From Cyanidioschyzon merolae (taxonomy: Eukaryota), in assembly GCA_000091205.1 (NCBI GenBank), contig AP006501.2: a stretch of DNA of 64,000 nucleotides. One strand, written 5' to 3'. A program made the translations under genes and the position numbers. Below the pieces are notes generated by a model. The model searched no databases and was not told where the DNA came from. It saw only the letters and a list, made by a program, of their open reading frames with translations. Positions 44,043 through 54,953 of this stretch are shown in pieces (within the stretch, counting starts at the first letter, position 1; each line of letters opens with the position of its first letter).

Positions 44043-45326
44043 CTATGAAGCCGTTGGGCTCGACACGGGATCTTCGCTGGCGATGTCCTCGGCCTCGTCC
44101 TCGGAGTCTATTTCATCCGTCGCTGGCCAGATGCTCGGAGGCATATGCTTCATCTGGACAGAGGGAGCACCTTCTAGTTGGCGCAATTGTTCGATAACTT
44201 TGCTCTTCACCTTCTCTAGATAATCTCTCGAATTCTGGTTCTCCAGTTCACGCATTGGTTGAATATGGAGAGAATATTCTGGAGCGAAGTATTCCCAGTA
44301 ATCATTGTATGGAATCTGGGCGTCTACCGATATGCCTAGAAGCACCGAGGTCTCAAAGAGCCAGCAGCGGGCAACGTTTCGGATGTTGTAGCCACCACCG
44401 CCGAGGACCAGCATCGGGATTCGGAACGAACGAACAAAAGCCACCGCATTCGCATGTCCCTGTACCGTCAAGTTAAAGCACCCGAGTCGATCATGGGCCA
44501 GAGAATCCGCGCCACACTGCATCACGATTGCACCCGGTTGATATACTTCGATGACCTTGGTTATTATCGGCTCGAAAATGCGACTGAAACCTGCATCATC
44601 CATGCCGTCTTTCAGGGGCACGTTCACCGCGTATCCTTCACCGCGCCCGTAGCCGCGGTCCCATACATCTCCGGTTCCCGGGAAAAAGTTGTCTCCGTAT
44701 TTGTGGAAGGACACCGTGAGCACTCGATCTGTGGTGTAGAAGGCTTCTTCGACACCATCACCATGATGCACATCAATATCGATGTAGAGCACACGCGGGT
44801 AGAGACGCAGCAGTTCGAGAATTGCCAGTACGATATCGTTCACATAGCAGAAACCGCTCGCTTCACTTTTCTTGGCATGATGAAGACCACCTGCCCAGTT
44901 AATCGCAATATCACTGGTACCCGACATGAGTTTTCTGGCACCGTCGATACTACCGCCGGCAGATACGGCGCAAAAGTCCCAAAGACCGTCAAACAGCGGA
45001 CAGTCGCCGTGTTGTCGTCCGACGTTAAACCGCTGTAGCTGGTCCAAAACGTCGTCGGTTATGGTGTCCGGGGTTGTGTTTCGCAGGAACTCTATATAGT
45101 CGTGGGCGTGGAACTTTTCGCACTCCTCAGGGCTCGCTTTACGAGGCTTGTAGACGTCCATATGGCGATAGAGACCGTACGCGAGACATAGGTTGTGCGT
45201 GATGGCCATTCGGTGCGGTTTCATGGGATGATGCTGTCCATAATAGTAGCCCCCAACATCAAAGTCCATAAAATAGGCCACGCGCAAACGGTCGGTGGAA
45301 CCATACAGAGCCTGGCTCGACAGCAT
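44043..45326 (-). CDS. Class I histone deacetylase (Rpd3/HDAC1-2 type)
   Basis: [67 protein letters not shown]..., [63 protein letters not shown] and [15 protein letters not shown] are canonical class I HDAC blocks, including the catalytic HH and D.H.GDG motifs. The ATG is at 45326. The acidic Ser-rich tail is typical. Confidence 0.9.
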   Translation of the reverse strand: MLSSQALYGSTDRLRVAYFMDFDVGGYYYGQHHPMKPHRMAITHNLCLAYGLYRHMDVYKPRKASPEECEKFHAHDYIEFLRNTTPDTITDDVLDQLQRFNVGRQHGDCPLFDGLWDFCAVSAGGSIDGARKLMSGTSDIAINWAGGLHHAKKSEASGFCYVNDIVLAILELLRLYPRVLYIDIDVHHGDGVEEAFYTTDRVLTVSFHKYGDNFFPGTGDVWDRGYGRGEGYAVNVPLKDGMDDAGFSRIFEPIITKVIEVYQPGAIVMQCGADSLAHDRLGCFNLTVQGHANAVAFVRSFRIPMLVLGGGGYNIRNVARCWLFETSVLLGISVDAQIPYNDYWEYFAPEYSLHIQPMRELENQNSRDYLEKVKSKVIEQLRQLEGAPSVQMKHMPPSIWPATDEIDSEDEAEDIASEDPVSSPTAS

Positions 45327-45449
45327 GAGTCCAGTGAAGATCGAGACGTTCGCTAGAGCACCGAAAACAAGCGAGGAACCTGAAGCGTCCGGGTGGCTTT
45401 GTATGCACGGATGCTCGAAGCCTAGCTAGCGCACAACTTGGCTGAGGAT

Positions 45450-48005
45450 GCGCACCCCTGGAAACAAACGTCTTTCAAAAGAAAAACGTTGCTGCCAGTG
45501 GTACAGTAGTGGCGGCAACCGCACCCTAGCCAAGAAGTCTCCAACTGATGTGCAGACGCCTTCCAGCTTTTTTCGACTGGCCACCCACTACTGCTTCCAA
45601 CTTTTTCCCATATAATTCCACATTCAGAGATGGTTCCATAAAGTTTTCTCTTGTCAGCTCTGGGGGTCTATTCTCCATCAACGCATATTTCCTTATATTG
45701 CTGGCAGCATTAAAGTCTCGGTTCATAAACTCCATACGTTTCGTGCCGTTGGGAGTTGTACTCACTAATGCAAGTAGTCCACGAACTTTCGCGCTCCTTT
45801 CCATTTGCTCTTCCGTCAGCGTACCGTACTTTCTTATAACCTCAGGACTCCGCTGGCACTTTTCCATCTCGACCCTCTGAAGTGTACACCCTAGCTCATG
45901 GTGTGTATAGGACGTTCGAAACTCATCTACAGGTATCGTGACGATACTCCGTGCACACTCTTTGTACGTTCTTGTCGTTGGAGCTGGCGTAGTTCCTTGC
46001 TTGGGTCTTCCGTCACCCTGCTCCGTACGCTACTACGAGTCTCTGACTTTCATCCTCCTTCAAGGCGCTCAGCAGATTGAAAAAGTTCGCGAATGCACGC
46101 TGCTTCCCACAATACAAATTCATTCGCAGTCGAACCCACCGGGGCTTGGTCTACTCTTTCCACAGCGCATACCAGTGAGCAATACGAAGTTCCATGAATT
46201 TCCGAAGAGCCTGAATGTCCGCTCGTCGGCTCGTCACCTCGCTCATAGCTTCCAGATGCTCTTTCATTCTTTCATTCCATGCAGCAATTTTCTTCCTCGC
46301 ATTCATTATACCGGATTCTCGATAGTATCTCGCTCTCGAGAACCTCAAAAGACGCATGTATTTCTGACGTAAGTTACCATCAGTACCATCTTCCGCACGC
46401 TGGGGTACTGCGATGGTTATGTTATTTGTGTTTCCGGGATCCGCGCTGACGACAAAGTCGTTATCTTGCACCTCCTGCGTCGCAGGATCCGCCTCCTTCT
46501 CATCTTCATGCATCGTCGCGCCTGCATCCTTCGTCTCGGGCGCAGCCGAGGGAGGGACTGGACGATCTGTCTTCAACCGCCGATAGTGTATACACAAGGC
46601 TACTCCATCGGTTTCGATCATCTCAGTGAATACCTTTTGTTTGCTGACTTTGAGACGTTTGAAATCGAAGATATTCTTCCAGTATGTCTGCCGGTTTTCA
46701 CCGGAGAATTCCTTCCTGCTAACATCGAAATCAGGACTGATCTCGCTCGTGATGCTGCAAAGACGCCAGAGTCGATAGTCACAAAATGTGACTTGATATT
46801 GTACATTGGAACCACGTTGAAGCGCTTCCCCATTAGGAACGCCTTCCGTCTCTCCCACTCTTCATTTTTTCCTCATTCAGCCTCATCTCTGCCGTGCGTT
46901 CGAGTTCGCGGTCCAAAAACACGAAATACCTCAAGATGAGGAGGTAGTATCTTTCCTTATCTTTTCCAACTCTGATATCTTGTCTGCTGGATTAACCAGC
47001 CCCAGTACCGCACGGTGCTCTTGTATAACCGCACGGATTACAGAAGCTTCATTCGTGCACTAATTCGACGCCTTCTTGTCAACGAACTCGATCTCATCTT
47101 CATGATGGCGATCGTTCGTGATGCAATTGATAATCGCCCATTTTCCTTCGCGAGACAGACCCGGGTGGAGTGCAACCACGGCGCGTATCATGAAACGTTC
47201 GAAGTTCGCTGTCAAATGGTTCTTCAGATTCGTGAGGTACTTCATGGCCCCGTAGCTGTAAATATCCCAGTCACCCTTGTACCGAGTACCCTCGAAGCTG
47301 TAGAAGGAATGTTTTTCGTGGAGGGCATGCACTAGCACATTTTCCCTCCGCGCTTTCTCTGTACCAAGCATCAGGTGAGGAATAAAGGTCTTGTCGAAGA
47401 ACTCGCCCGGAATCTCGACCTTTTCCATGTGCGTCCCGTCGCGATACATCTCTCTCACCAAATGCATCAGTCCTGACGACGCCTTGACAATATTCTTCGA
47501 GTACGACGCAACACGTTTTTCGATAGCTTCTCGCAACTTTTCCCTGTACGGATCCTTGATCTGTCCAAGAAGAAAGGTTTTCACCACCATCTCGTCGCAC
47601 AGTTGTCTTTCTTGCCGCTTTCGACGTAGGGCCTCCCCCGTTTTTGCGTTTTCTTCTTATCCTGCTCTTCTGGAATCGGCACTGTTTTTTGTTTTTTTTC
47701 TGGCACCCGGCGACACTGGGCCTCCAGGATCGTAGACTTGCTTTTTCATAGCTTTCCTTTTTTAGTTTTTTTTGAGAAAGAACGCTCTTTGAACTCTTCT
47801 GTTATATACTGCGAAAAAAACACTTGATTAGACTTGTTCGAAGTTTGAAACACAATTGAAATGAAAAACTGTACTTGGCTATGAAGTTAACGAAAATACA
47901 ACTTTTACATTAGATCTACATGCTAGAGATCAGGATCACGTTCCCCTTCAACAACGGCATGTGCGTAGCGTCTCATGCCTGCCTGATCTCCGAGGTGCAC
48001 TCACC
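45450..48005 (-). mobile_element. TnpB-like (Fanzor-type) element copy 2. It forms the left arm of a 2.5-kb inverted repeat.
   Basis: It is the reverse complement of 52281-54800 at near identity. Coding remnants are 47060..47590 (the N-terminal piece, ending KKASN then TAG), 46151..46858 (the middle piece with [15 protein letters not shown]) and 45526..45867 (C-terminal MEFMNRDFNAASNIRKYAL...). A Lys/Arg-rich putative NLS segment lies further 5'. Confidence 0.75.
45526..47590 (-). pseudogene. Fanzor/TnpB-like nuclease remnant (copy 2). It has in-frame stops and lacks one 20-aa internal repeat present in copies 1 and 3.
   Basis: The middle piece reads ...[51 protein letters not shown]..., which has a single [11 protein letters not shown] unit compared with two in copy 3. 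Confidence 0.65.
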
Positions 48006-48559
48006 GAGCGCGATGCAAACTAGTCACAAATTATTTATTAAAGAACAACTATCTTAAAAGCCCCATACAGCACGCGCGCCTATGGGGTCTAGTTTTTCCG
48101 AAGAAGCTCTGAAAGTGGGTTAAACCGGGGTGCTTGGGCGACGACGAAGGAAGCCCACGCCAGGGACCATGACCGCAACGAACGGAGGGGCGGAGGCAGT
48201 GGCAGCAGAAAATATTGACGAGAGTTCTGAGTAGTTATCCGCTGCTCCCGAAACAACGCTGCAGGTTCCGGCGCAAATCCTGGATCCATCCTCGAACTCG
48301 GGCTACGTTTTACCTCCCACCTTGAGCACCTACCTCAACTTTGGAAACACTCTCGGCGGATACTTCGGAAGGCGGCTATCGATATGCTCGTGGTCGAAGC
48401 TGGAATAAGCGACTTACCCGCCTATGTGTTTGGGGAACGGATACGTAACCGCTGAACGGGTGCTTTGCAGACTGTTCCCAATGGTTGAGGGTAGCTTCAC
48501 GCGTCCGGCAAGATAAAGTTCGCATTCGAATCGACCTTGACTAATGTACTTCTGATTCT

Positions 48560-51500
48560 ACGCTAGCGCTGCGGCAGACACTCAATGAACGACTGGAATG
48601 CAGGAGGCGCTGGTGGCATGTGCTCTCACACACCTTGTGGAGGGTGCATCTAAATGGACGACGCATCTCTCGAGTACCGCAGCGTTACTCCTATACCCTT
48701 ATGCGCTACGACTCGATAGGTTTCGCATCATGGAATATTTGCGGTGTGGCCTCGATACTAGACGACGAGATATCGAATTACCAGTACAGTAATGAAGAAC
48801 TGATACAAGTCGAGGACTGTACAATAGGAAAAGAGACCCAACCAGACACGGAGAAGGAGACACAGAAACCTCATGATCCACCTAGATGCAAAATAACCAG
48901 AGAAAGTAGCTCAGGAAAGAGCCCGAAGAAGAAAAAGACCAGCAAGAAATAAACAGAAGAATAGAAAAAAGAACTCCCAAATGAGCCCATCACAAGGTAT
49001 CCCCCGAGAGGGCACCCCAGCTGGAACTCAAGAAAGCCGTCGCCAAACCCAGGCACCTACTCACAGCGCTGAAGATCCGAAAAGCCGTGCATACAAATTT
49101 TTTGACCAATTGACACGCGAGTTTGTAGATGGGAATCAGAAGATTGCCAGAGAGCTGGGACTGCTTGCACCAGAACGCAACAGTTGCAAACCTCGGTACC
49201 TGAAACGACGTACCAAAACTCGGATTGATGAATGCTACCGAGTCTATAAGATCGTCAACCGCACCGCCATACACGCCAACGCCGGAGACAAAGAAGCGAA
49301 GGCAGCGCTACCGGCGCTACAGGCGCAACATGAAGAAGCTATCAAAAGAAAGAAGAAACTTTCCAGAGAAGACAAACGAGAGGATCGAAACCGCAGAATC
49401 GCCTCCCTGGCGAAATCTATGCTGGAGAGCACCAACGAAGATGAGATCTGGCGCTACATTCGATCGAGACTCGACCCACCAAAAAAGTGCTTGGGGCTCA
49501 CACCAACTCTGTATAAGGAAGAGCTGAGGACGGAGCGTGCCTCAGTGAATGAGGCCTGGACAGACCACTGGACAGAGCTGCATGAAGAAGCAACTGGACA
49601 CTGCTAAGACCCAATCTATTGGCACCAATATGCTGCAGAACTACCGCGCCTCGACCCGGTACCGGAATGGAACGACCCAATCTTCTGGCCTGAATCTGTC
49701 CGGACTCTGCTATGCTCAAGCAACCGCAAAACACCTGGCTTTGACGGTATCCCTACGGAGTGGATGAAACTGGTGATCCCAAAAGACGGGACAACAGGGA
49801 CACCATCGATACCAGATGAACCTGACAGAATCTTAGGCAAGCGCCTTCTGGAGCTCATCCAACGCATGTTCGAAGAAGCGTACATCCCAGATGTATGGAG
49901 GACTGCCGAGGTCGTATCGATCCTCAAAAAGGACTCCGAACCCCACAGACATGAATATCTACCGGACTATGCGCCTCATCCCGTCAATCATGAAGCTACT
50001 TTGCGCCAACCTCACGAACCGGACTCAGAGGGGCCTTGAGGAACGCAACTTCCTCGCCCCAGAGCAGGCTGGATTCCGGAGCCGCGAGGAGTGCATGAGC
50101 CATGACCTGACCTTCATTGAAGTGGTGCAACGTCGCTCCATTAGCTGCCAACAACCAACTTACGTATGCTTCATCGACTTTCAAAAGGCCTTTGACACGG
50201 TCCCGCACGAGGCTCCATTTCTGAAGATGGAACGTGCCAGAGTCTCCGGAAAGTGCTTAGCGTTCTTCCGTGCGCTCTATGCAGACTCGTGGATGTGCAC
50301 CCGACTGGGCGACTGCTCAAGAACCCCTTCGATAAGAATCCGCCGTGGACTGCGACAGGGCGACCGCGCATCCCCGCGCCTTTTCAACATCTTCATCAAC
50401 GATCTGCTGAACAACTGCAGACAATACGGGCTTCAGGTGTCGTGGATAGACTGTGGAGAACCCGGTGAGGAGCGCCTACATAGAAACCGCCTCGCAGGCC
50501 TTCTACTTGCGGACGATGTCGTGCTGTTGGCACCCGCCCCGGAAACGCTTGCGGCTAGCATGCAACAAGTCAGCGCCTGGGCCGATCGCTGGGTTATGAA
50601 CATAGGAGCATCGAAGTGCGGCGCCATGGTCATCCTTGGAGACTCGCAGCGCATTCGCAATCGCTCGTGGCGGTTGCAGAATCAGGAAATTCCGATCGTG
50701 GAAAAATATCGCTACCTGGGGGTCTGTCTCACGCCGACGCTCGACGAAAAGGCACAAGTCGACGAGATGATCGCCAAGATGCATAGACGTACAGAGATCG
50801 CACGTCCATTCTTATCCGACCCCTCTATCTGCATAGCAATCCGTACGAGGGCACTAAGGATGTGTATCATCCAGCCTTCGACCTGGGGTGCTGAATGGTG
50901 CGGCATGAAGCACACAAATGCCTCGCGTCTGCATACAGCCGCCAACAGGGCAATGCGACTCGTTGGTGTTGGATGCTCAGTGCAGCGCAGAGCGACCAAC
51001 CCGCTGGCACTCGGACTTGAACTCCAAATAGCCTCGATAGAAGCGATAGCAGCAGGCTGCCGGGCATGTATACGGGCCAAAGGGCCCACTATGCGCACCT
51101 CCTTGAGTCGGATTTTCATGCAGACCCCAACGCACCGCTAGAACACTTGGATGAAATCAGCGCAGATTTGGCTGAAGCGCCTCTTACGCGAAAACACGCT
51201 ACCCAATCGTTCCCCAGGAATGTAGAAGACTTCAGACGCCTCAAGCGAACGGTCCAAACAACAATATGGGAAGGTAGACACGGTACCAGTCGCGCTAGTA
51301 ACGCCGGCTTGACTCTATATCGGAACTACAACCTAGCATACACATGCAAGTACTGGTGGGAGGCGCTGGAATTCCCGGGACTTGCTCGCGGTACCCTGTG
51401 GCTTGCCAAAATCCGTGTTAGTGGCATCTGGCTACCAGCACCGGCTCTAAGCCGTACGGGAACACTGGAACCGCACTGGGAGTCACACTGTCCCTGCTAT

Positions 51501-52276
51501 CGAGACGAAATCCCCGAGACGCTGACATATTTAAGCTTACAGTGCCCGCGCTCGAAGCAGGAGCGCAGCGAGCTCCTTGAAGGACAGCAGGAGCTCGGCA
51601 TCACCGTGATAGTCGAAGGCCGGACACTCACTCTGAGTGTAGCACTGGCAACTGATGGTCCGCTAACGGAGCCTCAGCGCTCATGAGTGGCGAAGAAACT
51701 CACATGCTACCTTCTAGGCAGCAGGTCCAACGAATCGGATGAGCACACGGGTTTAGTGCTCTTTGTGCCTACCCACTGTGGTGGGTGTCAAGCACAAACC
51801 CGCATTGCCAACCGACAACACATTCAATGCATGATCACGAAGGAAAGAGGCGGCTCGCACGATATATCCTAACAGCCAAGTTTCTCCAGCGTGTCGTGCA
51901 GCGAAGACAAGCCTGCATCCGCAGACTGTCCGAGCACAAACTGACGACGAGACCCGATTCTACTTCGGTTGAACCACGCCTCGAGCCGACGCGCTCTGGG
52001 GTATAGAAAAGCTGCTCTAGCTCGATGAACTATCTGCTCCAGCATTTAAGGTCCAAAGGCGGATACGGAAAGGCAGGTACTAGGCACACACGATAGGACG
52101 TATGAAACGACCAGAGTATCCGAGGTGAAGTATAGGTACTGTAGCTTGGAGGCAGGCTGTTTGATGGATACCTAACCGCGCACTGAAAAAAATAACATAA
52201 AAAAGTAAGAAAAGAAAAAGCGCACAATTGGAAAATGCTGGCACAAGTAAACGTCTTGTCCATGAAAAAAAGAATC
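48560..52276 (+). mobile_element. Degenerate non-LTR (LINE) retrotransposon with APE-like, RT and CCHC remnants and a 3' A-rich end
   Basis: 48620..48952 carries IGFASWNICGVAS, an AP-endonuclease-like start. 49764..50039 and 49891..51141 carry RT blocks (VWRTAEVVSILKK..., YRTMRLIPSIMKLL, CFIDFQKAFDTVPHE, GLRQGDRASPRLFNIFIND, LLADDVVLLA). 51066..51686 has a CCHC-like knuckle (CPCYRDEIPETLTYLSLQCP). Frameshifts separate the pieces. The 3' end (...catgaaaaaaag) abuts arm B at 52281. The 5' boundary is approximate. Confidence 0.75.
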
Positions 52277-52280
52277 GCGC

Positions 52281-54800
52281 TCGGTGAGTGCACCTCGGAG
52301 ATCAGGCAGGCATGAGACAAGACGCGCGTGCCGTTTTTGAAGGGAAACGCGATCCTGATCAGTAGCGTGTTGTTCTGCTGTAAAAGTCGGATTCCCGTTC
52401 AGATCATAGCAAAGTATAGTTTTCATTTCAATTGTGTTTCAAACTTCGAACAAGTCTAATCAAGTGTTTTTTTCGCAGTATATAACAGAAGAGTTCAAAG
52501 AGCGTTCTTTCTCAAAAAAACTAAAAAAGGAAAGCTATGAAAAAGCAAGTCTACGATCCTGGAGGCCCAGTGTCGCCGACTGCCAGAAAAAAAACAAAAA
52601 ACAGTGCCGATTCCAGAAGAGCAGGATAAGAAGAAAACGCAAAAACGGGGGAGGCCCTACGTCGAAAGCGGCAAGAAAGACAACTGTGCGACGAGATGGT
52701 GGTGAAAACCTTTCTTCTTGGACAGATCAAGGATCCGTACAGGGAAAAGTTGCGAGAAGCTATCGAAAAACGTGTTGCGTCGTACTCGAAGAATATTGTC
52801 AAGGCGTCGTCAGGACTGATGCATTTGGTGAGAGAGATGTATCGCGACGGGACGCACATGGAAAAGGTCGAGATTCCGGGCGAGTTCTTCGACAAGACCT
52901 TTATTCCTCACCTGATGCTTGGTACAGAGAAAGCGCGGAGGGAAAATGTGCTAGTGCATGCCCTCCACGAAAAACATTCCTTCTACAGCTTCGAGGGTAC
53001 TCGGTACAAGGGTGACTGGGATATTTACAGCTATGGGGCGATGAAGTACCTCGCGAACCTGAAGAACCATTTGACAGCGAACTTCGAACGTTTCATGATA
53101 CGCACCGTGGTTGCACTCTACCCGGGTCTGTCTCGCGAAGGAAAATGGGCGATTATCAATTGCATCACGAACGATCGCCATCATGAAGATGAGATCGAGT
53201 TCGTTGACAAGAAGGCGTCGAATTAGTGCACGAATGAAGCTTCTGTAATCCGTGCGGTTATACAAGAGCACCGTGCGGTACTGGGGCTGGTTAATCCAGC
53301 AGACAAGATATCAGAGTTGGAAAAGATAAGGAAAGATACTACCTCCTCATCTTGAGGTATTTCGTGTTTTTGGACCGCGAACTCGAACGCACGGCAGAGA
53401 TGAGGCTGAATGAGGAAAAAATGAAGAGTGGGAGAGACGGAAGGCGTTCCTAATGGGGAAGCGCTTCAACGTGGTTCCAATGTACAATATCAAGTCACAT
53501 TTTGTGACTATCGACTCTGGCGTCTTTGCAGCATCACGAGCGAGATCAGTCCTGATTTCGATGTTAGCAGGAAGGAATTCTCCGGTGAAAACCGGCAGAC
53601 ATACTGGAAGAATATCTTCGATTTCAAACGTCTCAAAGTCAGCAAACAAAAGGTATTCACTGAGATGATCGAAACCGATGGAGTAGCCTTGTGTATACAC
53701 TATCGGCGGTTGAAGACAGATCGTCCAGTCCCTCCCTCGGCTGCGCCCGAGACGAAGGATGCAGATGAGCAGAAGGCGGATCCTGAGACGCAGGAGGTGC
53801 AAGATAACGACCTTGTCGTTGGCGCGACGATGCATGAAGATGAGAAGGAGGCGGATCCTGCGACGCAGGAGGTGCAAGATAACGACTTTGTCGTCAGCGC
53901 GGATCCCGGAAACACAAATAACATAACCATCGCAGTACCCCAGCGTGCGGAAGATGGTACTGATGGTAACTTACGTCAGAAATACATGCGTCTTTTGAGG
54001 TTCTCGAGAGCGAGATACTATCGAGAATCCGGTATAATGAATGCGAGGAAGAAAATTGCTGCATGGAATGAAAGAATGAAAGAGCATCTGGAAGCTATGA
54101 GCGAGGTGACGAGCCGACGAGCGGACATTCAGGCTCTTCGGAAATTCATGGAACTTCGTATTGCTCACTGGTATGCGCTGTGGAAAGAGTAGACCAAGCC
54201 CCGGTGGGTTCGACTGCGAATGAATTTGTATTGTGGGAAGCAGCGTGCATTCGCGAACTTTTTCAATCTGCTGAGCGCCTTGAAGGAGGATGAAAGTCAG
54301 AGACTCGTAGTAGCGTACGGAGCAGGGTGACGGAAGACCCAAGCAAGGAACTACGCCAGCTCCAACGACAAGAACGTACAAAGAGTGTGCACGGAGTATC
54401 GTCACGATACCTGTAGATGAGTTTCGAACGTCCTATACACACCATGAGCTAGGGTGTACACTTCAGAGGGTCGAGATGGAAAAGTGCCAGCGGAGTCCTG
54501 AGGTTATAAGAAAGTACGGTACGCTGACGGAAGAGCAAATGGAAAGGAGCGCGAAAGTTCGTGGACTACTTGCATTAGTGAGTACAACTCCCAACGGCAC
54601 GAAACGTATGGAGTTTATGAACCGAGATTTTAATGCCCCTATCAATATAAGGAAATGAGCGGTGCTGGAGGAAAGACCCCCAGAGTAGACAATAGAAAAC
54701 CTTTTTGGACAACCTCTCAAAGTCGAACTATATGAGATAAAGTTGGAACCAGTATTAGGTGGCCGATCCAAAAAGGCTGGAAGGCGTCTGCACATCAGCT
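52281..54800 (+). mobile_element. TnpB-like (Fanzor-type) element copy 3. It forms the right arm of the inverted repeat.
   Basis: Coding remnants: 52434..52690 is a K/R-rich NLS-like stretch in another frame. 52696..53226 is the N-terminal piece. 53428..54192 is the middle piece (...[27 protein letters not shown]...RIAHWYALWKE). A continuation lies in the same frame after a TAG (TKPRWVRLRMNLYCGKQRAFANFFNLLSALKEDESQRLVVAYGAG). 54476..54658 reads MEKCQRSPEVIRKYGTLTEEQMERSAKVRGLLALVSTTPNGTKRMEFMNRDFNAPINIRK. A conserved 3' noncoding tail of about 140 bp follows. Confidence 0.75.
52560..54658 (+). pseudogene. Fanzor/TnpB-like RuvC nuclease remnant (copy 3)
   Basis: The domain order matches TnpB/Fanzor. 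There is an N-terminal region, a RuvC-I-like hydrophobic-D-P-G motif, then a F..F..L..K.E....VV block, then a Cys-containing region, then the RuvC-III-like NRDFNA.INI. In-frame stops occur after KKASN, after TTSSS (four stops within 25 codons), after ALWKE and after YGAG. Confidence 0.65.
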
Positions 54801-54953
54801 GGAGGCGTTTCGTCTAGGGCGCGTTCGCCGGCACGACTGTACACGGCCGCCGGCTGTGCGTCACGTGGAGCCGCGAGCGGCGGGCTTCTACCAAGTGCCG
54901 CTTGTACCAAACGCACTTGCACCTCGTGTGGACACAGACGCATACCTGAGTGC

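Noticed and set aside
47391-47735. 114-aa ORF MSKNSPGISTFSMCVPSRYISLTKCISPDDALT… conserved in all three Fanzor copies (also at 8177..8416 and 52551..52895)
   Set aside because: It lies antisense to the N-terminal coding region of the Fanzor-like protein. Its conservation is a by-product of the element's conservation. It has no domain signal.
53350-53427. The stop-rich 75-nt segment between Fanzor pieces as a spliceosomal intron
   Set aside because: A GTATTT follows TTSSS-TGA, but the TGA lies upstream of that GT and would remain in the exon. I could not find a GT..AG pair that removes all four stops in frame. This is left as an open possibility in the findings but is not annotated as an intron.
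54759-54953. Extended N-terminus for eIF4G starting at 54759
   Set aside because: It opens on a GTG within TE-derived sequence. The first ATG at 54954 gives a sensible acidic N-terminus.
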